Shown: positions 12,793 to 26,084 of the stretch, one piece after another
Position numbering within the stretch: the stretch's first letter is position 1
How the letters are laid out: every line of letters starts with the position of its first letter
Assembly (NCBI GenBank): GCA_977020255.1
Contig: CDROCS010002147.1
Location: forward strand, 248,001 to 312,000
From: Obrimoposthia wandeli
Lineage: Eukaryota
Reading direction: 5' to 3'
Length of the DNA stretch: 64,000 bases
The notes under the pieces: model-generated
Told to the model about the DNA's origin: nothing
Databases searched by the model: none
What the model saw: only the letters and a program-made list of their open reading frames with translations
Program-made: the position numbers and the translations under genes

Positions 12793-13762
12793 ATGGATGT
12801 TGCATAATTAATGTCGGTTTTCGATGTCAGAATTTCAATATATATTTATCCTATTTTTTATGATTTAAATCGTGTACCCACATTATTCATTTATTGCATG
12901 GTTATTAAATTATATGATATGTCGAACAATTTTATTATTTTATAGTTTTTATGTCAGAAAAATGAGCCAGAAATTGGTACAAATCGGAATCAAAAACGGA
13001 TAATTCTTTATATGAATATAAATTAGGTCACACAGCTGCAAAAGTATTCAGAAATGAAATTATAGCGTTTGGTGAAGGTTCTCCTAATGGAAGAACCACA
13101 CAAAGATGATTTGAAAAGTTTAAGTCTGGTATCACTGACTTAGAAGATTCAGTAAGTCATATAGCTTCTATTATGTAATGGTGAAAAGAAGATGAAGTAG
13201 AACAATAGGAGACATTCAATTCAACGGTGTAAAGAGGCTGAGGCACCACAGGCAATACTAAGATGAACATATTACCAAAAAGGTTGATAACCGTTTGGTT
13301 GTCTATGGTGAGTATCATACACTACCGCTTTTCGAATGAAGATGAAACAATTAATTCGGACTCATATTGCAACGAAATTTATATATGACACACAAAAGTT
13401 ATTATTAAACAAGCTAGTTCAGATAATTGGAAATATTTATTTTGCATCACGTTAATGTCAAACCACATGTTTCAATTCGAACGCAAGATAAATAAAGGAA
13501 CTTGAAGTATAAAGTCCTTCCTCGTCCTCCATACTCACTGGACCTGGCTCTAACAGCTTTTCATTTTTTATCCTCATTTCTGAATGAGACGAAATTTGAT
13601 AATATAGAAAGTATAAAGTCGGGAGTATGCAACTTCCTTGAATCTAGAATATCTTAGTAAAGTGGTAAATGTATAGAATTTTGATTAATTATTACTTTAA
13701 TGTGTGTATTTATCTTGTATTTTTATTTATTAAAAACCGAAATTGATCATACAGCAAATTTT
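12793..13762 (+). mobile_element. mariner element remnant with degenerate TIRs and internal deletions
   Basis: LYEYKLGHTAAKVFRN..AFGEGSPNGRTTQR*FEKFKSG..DLED (mariner HTH) and VLPRPPYSLDLA (cf. HPPYSPDLAP). Imperfect inverted ends TGCATAATTAATGTCGGTTTT (~12801) and AAAACCGAAATTGATCATACA (~13733). Confidence 0.85.
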
Positions 13763-14783
13763 TATATTATATATGTATGTTATATTAAAAAAAACTGTAA
13801 TCGCATAATAATCATAGAAATCTTAAAAAATACTACATAATATGGAAAATTAAAAAACAGTATATAAATACAACTAAACAGTTAATTTGAGAAATAAACA
13901 GGCTAAATATTGAAATATATCAATAAATTTAGTAATAAAATGTGACTGGTCTAATCATCCTTCAAATAAAACCGTGCATATGTGTGAAATAAATTATCTC
14001 TTACATGTGTGTATATATAAATCTATACATGTCCTGAGACATATATGCTCTTTTCAACTGCACAATAGTAGTTTAATGCAGTGGATGGTACAATGGTCAA
14101 GGTGGCAAACATAAATTCGAATATTAAGCGCATTTGAATTTCATTTAGAGCAATTTTGAACTGGTCCCTACAGTTCTTGGCTTACCATTAAGCTTCTGAA
14201 ATTCCCTAAATTGTCCTTACATATTCCATACCACTGCCAATAAATCCCTATATAGTATTTTTAAGTGTTGTTAAACTCCCCCTTAAAACCATAAAATACA
14301 ATTTAACTCAATTTAATACCCCTTAAAACTGAAAATCGCATAGAGAATCCCCACATGGGGAGGAAGTGCCTGAGAGGCCATCTGAGGGTGAACACGTACT
14401 CTTCGGGTCTGCCGTGGCTTGACGAGAAATATACATACAGGGTCGCGATTTTTTATCTCGCTCCCATCAAGCTTGTAAAAAAATCTGTATAACTATTTAT
14501 ATCAAGATACACTAAAAAAAATTCTATCTAAATCTCTACCCCTCCAACTACACACAGTCAACAAAATCATATCAAAATACTACGATTTTTCGAATAAAAT
14601 AATTGAAAATATTTTTATATTCAATGATTTTCTCGCACACAAATGTAGTCAAAACTTAAGAAAAGACTACGAATTTTCTAATTAGCAATTTGAATAACAC
14701 GCCCTGATTGGATGATCAAAGAGGGTTAATCTGATGTTTGTGTATATAACGAGGTATATTTTCATTATTTTTCATAAATCAAA

Positions 14784-15510
14784 ATGCATTTTTACAACAA
14801 CATATATTTGGACGAAAATATGAAGGTGGAGCTGTATGGAAATACATCTCCAGTCCTACAGCGAATACCACTACCGTCGCAGTACATTGACTTACTTAGT
14901 CAAGACTCGTCGTTGGTGAGCAAAGGAGAAAAATCAGCAAGAAGAGAAGCCCCAGCCAGAGGAGAATCATCAGCAAGAGTAGCAAGTCCAGAGCTGATGG
15001 AGCTGGACGAACCTCTCACCAGCTCGACCACGAGAAAACAATCAATGGCAGCGAGACTCCAATATATCGATCTGACTAATCAGGATTCGATTGAAAATTG
15101 TGAACACTGTACTCCTTAGCGGAATGCAGAAGCCACTGCTCATCCATCAATACCGACGAGGAAGAGGAGCAATCTCTTCGACAATTTCAAGGCTGGTATC
15201 AAACATCAATGTCAGTAAAAACTGATCACGTTGTCTCAGCCAGAGATAGTCCTCGTAACCACTCCGACGAAGAGCTCTTCAGTGATGATGTACCGTCGGA
15301 TCAGGAGAAGGACTTGACTCCATTCATCGACTAGTGGGTCAATTTCATTCCACGTTTTCTAATCAATAACAATCCTGTAGTCAGATATGACTCAATAATT
15401 GCTGAGTTAGATGATGATGAGTGGAATCTCTTCACATACGACTGGGATGCTCTTTACCATTGCTGCTACACCGACTCCGATTCAAACCGCAGACGATATG
15501 GTGTCTGAAT
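14784..15510 (+). pseudogene. Decayed acidic/Ser-rich ORF of unknown family directly upstream of pPolB relic 2
   Basis: ORF 14784-15119 continues, after a stop and frameshift, as a long acidic frame (SINTDEEEEQ..SDEELFSDD..ELDDDEWNLF). It is richer in GC than its flanks and has two QYIDL(L/T) motifs. No family recognised. Confidence 0.4.
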
Positions 15511-16393
15511 TCAGGGATTGGGCAAAATGCATACCTGTTGAATTCAAGGTGTATGCTGACTTTGAGTCAATTCTAGTATTGCATGACCAGTATGAGAGTA
15601 TTCACCTACTGGCTTCGCAGGACTATTATTCTTAGGCCCCAATATAACCCAGTACAATGAATTTTCTGGTTCAAATTGTATTTTTGATTTTATGTTAAAA
15701 TTATAGGAGTTAGGAACAACTATTGTCAACCCGTGGTATGATCTTAATGATCATCAAGCAATGATCATGACTGGCATATACTGGGTTTATTTTAATTCTA
15801 GTAGATCTTGTCTTTTCGTGTAAAACTTTAGCAGAATATGGGCTAGATCCAGTGGTGGGATTCAAACTGTTTAGCAACCGGTTCGCGCGAACCGGTGCGA
15901 ACCATTGAATCCCACGACTGTGTAAAACACTCGATATAATTTATCATTAAAATATATTTATCAATTTTACTTAAACGGTTGAACCATTGTTATATGTAGA
16001 AGGTTCATTTCACCATATTATATATACATGAAAAAATCTGTGCTCGGATTTTTTTATGTTTAAATATTAATATATTGTAGTTAAATGTTTGCTGAATTTT
16101 AATAATAGTTTCGAAATTTTGACTTTCCCATTAATATTAATATAAGAATAAATAAGAATAAATAATGCGTTCAATCAACGAATTAAAAAATTATATCTTT
16201 TTTATCCAGATGATTATGTACGTTTCAGTCGAAGAAGGTAGTCCAGGAACCGGTTCAGGCGGTTCTGCGAACTTTTATATTTTTAGGAACCGGTTCGCGC
16301 GAACCGGTGCGAACCCTTGAATCCCACCACTGGCTAGATCCCATACAATTCTTTAGTTTACCTGGTCTTTCATGGGCAACAGCAATTCGGACT
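15500..16393 (+). pseudogene. Protein-primed DNA polymerase B (Polinton/Maverick-type) relic 2, heavily deleted and split by a hAT MITE
   Basis: IPVEFKVYADFESILV (cf. P.VIYADFESIL). Removing the MITE and one TSD restores EYGLDPIQFFSLPGLSWAT (cf. YGLDP.HY.TLPGLSWDA). Confidence 0.78.
15850..16332. mobile_element. hAT-type MITE, copy 1 (483 bp)
   Basis: TIRs CAGTGGTGGGATTCAA / TTGAATCCCACCACTG. Perfect 8-bp TSD GCTAGATC (15842-15849 and 16333-16340). Non-coding. Confidence 0.95.
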
Positions 16394-16399
16394 TTATCA

Positions 16400-17290
16400 A
16401 TTTAAAAGAATGTTGTTTGGATTCAAAAATGCTCTAGCTACATATCAAAGAATTATGGATAATTTATTGAAACATGTTCCATCTACTGCGGCCTTCCTAT
16501 ATGATATTATAGTTTATTCTAATTCATTCGAAAAGCAGATCGATATACTAAATCGCGTGTTCAAAAAGTTGCAAAGCGCTAATTGAACGATCAACCCAAC
16601 CAAAATTAAGATGATGATGTTTAAAACAGAATTTTTCGGGAAATTGGTTGGGAATGGAGAATTGTCACCAATAACAGATAAAGTGTCTGTAATAAGGAAA
16701 TTATCAAAGCCAAAAACAAAACAAAAAAGTACGTTAGTTTATGGGAATGATTAACTACTATAGAGCACACATACGTAATCTAGCAATTATTGTGTCTCCC
16801 TTGAATGATTTACTTAACAAGAAAATGACTAATACTGTAAAGGGGAACAGTGAATGTGAGAAAAGTTTTATAAGATTTAAAGAATCCTTGACAACATCAC
16901 CGATATTAAAATTAACTGATCATTCTAAGCAATTTTTTATCCAGACAGATGCCTCCGATAGAGTTGTAGGCACCGCATTATCTCAATATTTTGAAGATCA
17001 ATTGCTTTCAGATCGAGAAAGTTAACGGAAACCCAACAAAGATGGTCAACCATTGAAAAATAGTTATACGCAATAATTTATTCCATTGAACAATTCCATT
17101 ATTACATTTATGGAAGGAAATTTATTCTGCAGTCAGATCATAAACCACTATCATGGTTGAAGACAAATAAACTCAAAGGGAACAAAATAGCCAGATGGAA
17201 CTTGCTATTACAAGAAATTCAAAATTCAACACAAAAAAGGAGTAGAAAACCAGAATAGTTACTTCCTAGTCGTATATGGGAAGAAACTAG
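16400..17290 (+). mobile_element. Ty3/Gypsy RT-RNaseH relic (separate family, not A/C-biased)
   Basis: MLFGFKNALATYQRIMD, MGMINYYRAHI, FFIQTDASDRVVG, QRWSTIEK*LYAI, QSDHKPLSWL, IARWNLLLQE. Stops and frameshifts present. Confidence 0.9.
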
Positions 17291-18979
17291 CCAAGAAGAA
17301 GACAATTTTGATATTAAATTAGAAATGATTAATAATATTTAATGTTCTTTTTAAGTGTTTGTTTTAATATTGAGAATTGAGTACGAAAAATATATTTGAA
17401 TTTTTAAATTACATTATCGTATTAATCTCTTGATCAAGTTTACTTATACGAAATATTTAATTGCTCCAATTCCGATCAAAATTTTTTTAAATGTAGTAGA
17501 GCTAATTTTAGAAGTTAAATATATTTCAATAGTAAATTCTATATTTAGCTTGATCTACTTTTCATACAACATTCTCATATCATCCGATAATAGAAAATAA
17601 AGAATTTTATGGATTTTACTTCTAAAAATTATCAATAAAAGTTGTCATGTTAAATAATAATATTTTTATATAATTTATGAGATTATATAATTACAGACAA
17701 ATTCACTTAAACCGGATCAATTTTTGTGCACGAAATATATTTTTCATCTTTAACTTATATTTGAAATCCGGATAAACAGGAAGGAATTTCTGTATTTTTC
17801 ATGTTTTGAAATTAACTGAAACTGATCTATTGAGATTTTTAAATTTAATCATTAAATATAGTTTTAATTTGGCAAATACAAAATCAGTTAAATAAAGTAT
17901 TTGTGTATCATATAAAAAATGTCATAAAAATGAAAGCAATTTAAGGTTAGACATATTTTTCTAACAACCTCTTTTTATATTTCTATTTTTTAGAAACTTT
18001 TTCGGGATTGGCCAAATTTAACTGACATGAATTTTTAAAAAATATAATTTAGAATGTGCAAAAGAAAATACATTTAATATGAGTTGAAGAAGTCATCAGA
18101 AATTACAGAGTACATAAAATAAATGATCAGAAAGACAAAACAAAACATGTATTCTACATTAACCATATCTGATATTTAGAAACAAAGACATGTGACCTTG
18201 CCATTGCAGATTTGCTCTCTGTAATATAGGCTAAATACAATTAATGGAAAATTTCATGTATATTTTGTACAGTTCTGACGCTAGGCCCTTATGACAGGTA
18301 TTACACAGAGAACAGTAAAATTCTAAAATTACACATTTTAAAAGTCCTCATTTAGCAATAACTTAAAAAATTCAAAAAACTTTTTATTTGTGACAAAAAC
18401 AACTCACAAAATTATATTTCTTAAAATAAAATTCAAACGTAAAATAAAATTCAACAAAATTTAAAGCAATCAACACAATGAAATTCAAAATTTTGAATTG
18501 ATAGTGGCCACTGCCTTTTAGTCAAATGAATATATCTATTTAAATATTTATTTTTATACTAACTTTTATTTTAATAGAATTTTTCGGACAGAGTGAAAGT
18601 TTTAAAGCAATTGCTATCGCACTAGTGATACTGCCACTGATTTTGTAATTTAAAGTTTTTTACTGTACAAAATTACTTTATTCGTTAGAGGCAGATTTTT
18701 TTCATGGATAAAGGTGATCCTATTTTAGCAAATTTGACTGTATAAAAAACTATAAAAACCATTTTATTCAAAGAATTATTAAAGTTATTAGAGCAGATTA
18801 GTAAAGTAGATTATACCCTATATTTTTATGTATCTACAAATAATTATTTTAAAGCATTATGACAAATTTATATGACATAATTAAAATACAAATATAGAAT
18901 ATTCATTCATATTATATTATATCTAAAATCACTATTACTTATTTAATATATTACATATTTTTAAAATGTATTAAACAAA

Positions 18980-19790
18980 AATGCGTACGACAACGTAAAC
19001 GAAGCCTGTCAAAGAGTAAATCAGGAAACGTGAAAAGTTAATGATACAGATTCAGTAGATTGAGACGCAAACAAGACTGTAAATGAATATATGACAAGCA
19101 ATATTCTTCAACCTTGAGAATAAATTGAGATAATTGACTTAAATGATCAGGAATAAATTCATAAAGAGAGAAACTATCTAAACGTAAAACATACAAGGAA
19201 AAAAGTAGAAATCATAGATTTGAATGATTTAGAAGAAGCTTGTGAAGAACGAAATAATGTTATCACAGAACCAACAAGAGATGAAAGCGAATTTACGACA
19301 GAAATTCCAAGACGACTGGCTTAGGAAAGAGAATCAAACAATGAGATACATTCTGACATAAAATACCGATGAACAGACTTGTACGAGATACATAGAAAGA
19401 GTGACAGACGCCCCCACAGATTACAGTCAAGATTACACAGGGTTGCGAGACGACAGAAAGTTCAATAAATACTAGAGAAATAATGACAAACATCTTAAAA
19501 TCATCAAATCCTAAAGCGTTTAAATTGTACAAAAATAAAATAACTGTATTATTGAAACACTAGTCAAGATAATTAAAATGCAGATTACAACAATAAAACG
19601 AGAAATAGATTCATTTGGTTATCATTCATAAGTCGACAGAGGACGTTATGGTAAAATATTACAACTATTATAATGTGAGGAGCCTTCAAATTAAAATGTT
19701 TTGACTGCTTTATCTTATTTATTGTATCGATTGTATCAGAGAACTATTCGGCCTGAAGATATAAACAGAGAAATACACACAAAAGGACTG
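18980..19790 (+). pseudogene. Decayed acidic ORF with two EIIDLND motifs and a Cys-rich C-terminal remnant
   Basis: One coherent frame from 18980 to ~19470 with scattered stops contains IEIIDLNDQE and VEIIDLNDLEE. Further on, KCFDCF / YCIDCIRELF appear across a frameshift (19694-19750). Confidence 0.35.
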
Positions 19791-22700
19791 CATAAAATAA
19801 TTTATAAATACCGATAAAATATATGGTTTAATGTAGAGTTGTGATAATTGGGTCTCTATTCCAAAGCTCGTCACAGTTTCTTAATCACATTGACGCTTTG
19901 ATTTTCTTATTCGTACTAACTTCGAACCATCTTATATTTTGTTGTTATTAAAATTAAGATATGAAATATAGACAATTATATCATCAAATTATTAAAATTT
20001 TAATGTATGACAACAAACATTTAGATGTGCAACCGAAGACAATCATCTACAAAAGGAGATTTAACTTACCACCTTCCCCCTTTACAGTAAACTGCCTGGT
20101 CTATTCCTTGATATGTACATGTCCGACTACAGCACTCCCCACATAAATATGTATCAAAACCGTCGTTAAAAACCTCTTCGCCTTCTGATAGACCTAAATT
20201 TAAAATAATAATAAACCTTTAACAGAATATTGACTACTTGAATACTTTATTAAGAACAAAAAATAATAATTTCTTATGGGAAATATCACCAATTCCCTAA
20301 ATGCATTACTAATAAAACTGTGTGTTGACATCAACTCTCGACACACCAAAAAAAATCGACTTCAACATCAACTCCTTCACCAACACGAACATATTGTTCT
20401 TCACAATCTATACACTCATTATTGCAGTCAGAGAATTCAGGAGAAATCATGCCAAGCCAACTTTAATTCATCACTACCCAATAACTTCTGCAATACCATA
20501 TGTTACCTTTTCACATAAACAGCATTACAACAATCATAATAAGTGTACAGTTTTACAGTACAACAAACTATTCACAACAATCACTAAACATTTAATAATT
20601 ATGTATGATTCCAACAATAATAAAAGCACATACACAATATAGTCAGAGATATGGTTAAAGTAAAAAATTCATTTCGTCGTCAGATAAATATATATCATAC
20701 ATTTGATGAGGAAGAAACTCAAATTGTACAAATTGGAGGACAAGCTGCATGGATGCTGCATGGATGTTGCACTTCAAAGTGCCTGATGTTTGGGTGTCTG
20801 TCTCTGTTATTCAACCACATGTGTGATGTTAGCGATGAACCAGCTGTGATAGAGGATTTGATTCAGTGTTACGACAGTAAACATTTTGAGAAATAAAACT
20901 GAATTATTATGATTGTTTTATGCGTTAATATCAAAAAGTAGCTGCAGCGTGGTTTTGTCACGAAAGTTTATATGATAAATACTGAAGCTCTTTCAGGTGG
21001 AGTAGATGCAGCATTGGATGTGAAGGATGGTATTGAATGTTTTTTGACGCTATAAAAAGAGTGGTAAACGATGTCACAATTAACGTAAAGGTCGGCAAGG
21101 CATTGATTGAAGGACTGAAATTGGAACGTGGTTATGATTTGTCGATACCGACAAAGGTGTCACATACGGTTTACTTACAAATATTCAGCTGCAGAAAGAA
21201 AGAAGATTAAAATATGAATCGCAAGTAAAGTCATAGAACATACTTGTGCCTAGTGGAATTGATTTAGACTACGTGGAGTTTCAGAAACTGTGGATACAAT
21301 ACCTGATCTAGTAGATGCTCTGTCTGCCGACAAGTTGGAGAGGATTGAAAGTGGATGTATGTATTATGAAAATAAATTACCCATTTAAATTTCTGACAAA
21401 TTCTTTTTGGAAGAAATTGAAATACCAGAACATATAATATTTACTTTTCCAGTACTCTGGAAATAATCAGAAAATGATGTCACAACCTGGGAAACCACCA
21501 AGCAGTCGCACAAACAATCTCCCCTGTAGATTCATCGGTCCTACATGAAGTAGAAGACACCTCACGGTGTATTGTGGCTTGCACGTAGTACAGGTTGGCC
21601 CCGAGTATGGCGATTGTTGTTCGATTTAAGAGCTTTGGTAAGTTTGTTAAAGTCAGTTTTGGGTTATTGTTTTGATGATGAGGTATTATCGTGGTTGGGG
21701 TATATTGATGACTAATTGATTATTAATGTTTTTGTTGAATCGGCAATTAGTAAATTCAAATTTTTGAAACAGGCCAGTTGGAGACCATGGTTTGTGTAAC
21801 CCATTAGTATGTACTTTTAAATGCTTTGTGTGTGTGGTCGTATGTCTAAATGTCTGGGTAAAAATAGTTCAGCAAAAGTTCAGTTGTTTTTGGGAATTGA
21901 TAATGTTTATGAAACATAAGAAGATACGAATTTATTCATTACACATTTATTTACACGAAATTGTTTTTGTCCTATATTCAAGGAATATATAAAGTCAGTT
22001 ATGATTTTTTTCAATCGAGTCAATATGGGACTCAATATATATAAATATTATACTAAATAAGTCTTACGTTTATCAGCTATAATATATATCTTATTTCATG
22101 GCGATATATCATTGAGTAATAAAGTAATTTAATTTTCAATATTTTTTGTAGTATCTTAATATATTTGAAATGTGATTATAATGCAACATAAGCTCCCACA
22201 GCTATATATTAAAACGAATTATCTGACACATCATTGTCGATAACTACTCATATTTATAAAAACTATCAATAATTCACATTAATTTTTTCAGTTTTATGCA
22301 AAATGTAGTTTTAATACTCTAAATAGCAAAGCAACTATCACCTTGAAAATTTCTTCCAGATATTGTAATTAACATTCATCTGTGAATATGACATTTTCTA
22401 TCAAAAAAAGTCTCATTTCAATGTTGAGGAGCACATGTCAATTTAGTTTCTGGCTTCAGAATGTTGTTTCCACGTAATGTAAAATAATTCTTTACAAATT
22501 TCACGTAAAATACTATTAATTTGTAACATGTGATATACATATATTTACAAATCCTGACTAAAATATTACCTAAACATGTGACTATAGTTTCTCCGAGTTT
22601 TGTCTTGCAATATTATTCGAACTTGATCTCACTATACCTAGCAAAGTAAATGATTTGCTTACATATATGTATGACTCATTCTTTCTATTTCAGTTTATTG

Positions 22701-23624
22701 CACTTGTTAGTCGCCAGGCAGATATCTGTGTGTGTCAATTCAACGTCATTGTAGTATCTATTTTGTCTTGCATATGTTACGGCCCTAATTTCCATTTCTG
22801 TCTATTAGCATTCTTAGTCTCAGCCAGAGTGGGGAACTTCTTTCTCATCAACACCAAAGCGAGTATCAAATCATACCATGCTTAAAATGGGCTACCAACG
22901 ATAAAGGGTAAAGTAGGAAACAAATAAGAAGTTAATTGTGATGCTAAGGTAAGAAACTTTATCAAGTTTTACTGTCCATGACAATCAGTGGGAGTCGGCG
23001 TGGTAGACAGAACTAACAAAGTTGTACAGATAGTAGCAGCAATATCAAAAAATATCAGACTTCAAGCCGTTGGATTCCCTCAAATCGGGCATCTAATACA
23101 TTAGAAGACTATATCATTTGTCAATCGGAGTAGCTCGTGCAGAAAATCAGATTTGATCATCTTTAGTCGGAAAATCTTGTAAATAAAATAAATGTTTGAC
23201 ATATTATATTTTACAAATATCCCTAAAAATATTCAAAAACTATTACAACTTCCATTTCTAGTTATTCAGACTTTTCAGGAATTTCGATTTAAATTGTAAT
23301 TGTTTTTATTCTCTAACGACAGAATTTTAAATTGTACCAAAATACAATCTACCTTTATATGTAAAAATCTGTGTGTCAATATTCAAAAATAGCTGGTTAT
23401 TCTCAATACACTCATTGACTGTAACCCTCCTTCTTTAAATCCTTTATTGATATACAATACAAATTTTATTTGTACTAAAACATGTTCTACATGTCACAGC
23501 AATCTATTTAGGAAATTATTTCAGAAAACCTGCTAATGATTGATTCATTTCATTAACACTGGCTTAGATAAGACAGAATTCCAGATTCGCTAATTATTTA
23601 ATATGGATTTACCTATTATCTTGG

Positions 23625-23711
23625 TTATTAGTATTTTGACAAGTTCTTGACAAAAATTGAAAAAATCATTATTAGTATTTTGACAAGTTCTTCACAAAAA
23701 ATGAAAAAATC
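23625..23711. repeat. Tandem duplication, 2 x 44 bp
   Basis: TTATTAGTATTTTGACAAGTTCTT(G/C)ACAAAAA(T/A)TGAAAAAATC starts at 23625 and again at 23669. Confidence 0.9.
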
Positions 23712-26084
23712 TTAATAGTGTATAAAACAATGAATTACATCAACTGTAATATTAGTATTAATAATTTATTTAGTAAAAAAACTATATCTAAAATAAATTT
23801 TTGAAATTTTGTTCGAAATAAGTTTAAAAATAACACAAAAATAGTTCATATAGAAAAACAAAATCAAACTACAGGATAACCGTGAACTGAAATGATTGTA
23901 ATAGTATATCTTGTATATTATATATTAATAACATGCAATATATAGCTTAATAATAATATAAATCAAAAGTAAAACAATGACAATTAAACATCATTAACAT
24001 ATTAATAACCCTTTAGTTTAAGAATTTCAAAACTTCTTCGTAGCATGCTTCGAAAAAGATTATAAATAATTTATAACAAACACTTGTAGAATAATCGAAT
24101 GGATAATGCGTCACATAGCCTCCAAGCAGTGTAGAAATATACGAGAAGAGGTAGCGCCTCTGAAAAGCGGCGAATTGATGGCGAGTCTTTGCGTCAAAGT
24201 TGATGACAGCGTTGTCAGTGTACGGTATCTAGCGGCGATGGAAACCTTGTTGAGCCCCGATGATGTCGCAGCCTTCGGTCAGCTAATTTGATCGGGCATT
24301 CCGAGTCAAATCACAATGAGTCAGAGTCTATGTTAGCATAGTCGTTGATCCCAGCTCGATTCGGAAGCTTGTTTGAGTTGTTAATGCAGCCGGTTACACT
24401 TGTTGTCGGCCGGAGTGGATTGCGGTGCATTGCTGGATGGGTTGCTACCTAGAAATAGTTGAGACAACCTCGAATTGGAAGTCGCATCACCGTCATCCAA
24501 CGATATTGACAAAAATCAGTCAGAAGAGCTGGCCTCGGCGGACTCAGTCACGTCGAGTTCATCAAAATGGAGAACGACACGGTCAACAATACTAATTGTT
24601 TGTTTCGATTGTCGCAATGAGCAACACTTGTAGAATATTCGAAAAGATTAAAGACACACGACGCATCTTTGTACTTCAAAAATATACTGCATAATTTACT
24701 TCTATTTTTTATGTACTGAACACACGCTAAATTTTTTATAACTTATGTATTAAATACATTCATTGACAAACCCTACTGCAGCTCCAGGATCCGCTAAATA
24801 ATTGTTGAACAATTAATTTTTCGATATTTAAATCAATAAATTGTCAGTATGTTTGATAATTTTTTGATATTTCAAAATTGTTCAGTTTTCCGAAATGATT
24901 TTGCTTTAGTGCTTCATTCTAAGAGTGTTTAAAAATAAGATATAATTACTTTAAAAGTTTTCCTGAATATATAATTAAATAATTAACTAAATAAAATTTT
25001 CTATGAATACTTTATTAAATAAACGTAATTTTCTCAAATAATAATGATATATCTTTGATAAAAGTCTATATAAACTTATTTAAAAAAATTTATAATGTTT
25101 GATTTGTTCATTATATTACTATAGTATGATAGATTAATTTAACAGTTTCTTCGTGTTAAGATAAACATTATTAGAAATATAATATATTAGAAAACTTACA
25201 TAATAATGCATTTTCTCCAAATTTCAATGAAATGGAAAAAAAAATCAAAAAGAAAATATTACATTTCATATTGCTAAAAAAGTTCAAATTCAAAATTGTT
25301 ACTACACAGAACAATCTGGAAATTTTGTAAAAAAATTTAAATTTATTTCTTAAATTAGCATAAAGTTATGAACAACTTTGTTAACAAACATTTGAAAAAA
25401 ATTTGAATTTAACTAACAAGGGAATAATCCCAAATGTATATAAAGTATAATTTTTATCAGTCTATCTGCTAAATATTTGTAATAAGTGAGAAAATTGTAC
25501 ATAAACGAGTAAATTAATTTTTAAATGATCTTAAATAGTCCAAAATTCAAACAAAGCTAGATTTGAAAGAATTATTTTCTACAATTATTCATGCAAGTTA
25601 TACTAATATGATAAGATGTACTACGATTTTCACACAAATAAATATACAGTTAATAATATTAATTATTTATAAATTTTTTGAAGTTCAAATTAATCTTTGT
25701 AACATTTACTTATTTAACAAATATTAAAACCTTTAAAATAGTTTATAATGGCTTACAACTTAAATAAAGATATCATTTGAAATATTACAAACAAGATTTA
25801 GAGTAATCTTTATTGTAATTCTGATTTTCAAAAATGTATAATTCTATTTTTAGAACTGTGTCAATTAGGTGATTAATATAATAATATTTGTGTGTACAAT
25901 GCAGTTCTTTCCAAAAAATGTCGCCTAATCTTTCCCCAATATAGGCAGTGCGGAAACTGCACGAATTCAACTGCACAAACAGTGCGAATTCATAATTTGC
26001 TTCCAGTCAGCAGGAGAATTGGGTAGATAGGAAAAAGATCCTGTATATAAATTGTATTAACAGACATACGCTCGAGACAGATTG

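Noticed and set aside
19961-20200. IIYKRRFNL..NCLVYSLICTC, reminiscent of a Penelope GIY-YIG region
   Set aside because: The YIG motif and any RT are absent; too weak to call.
20640-21420. Decayed coding-like stretch including ORF 20651-20896
   Set aside because: No motif recognised in any frame.
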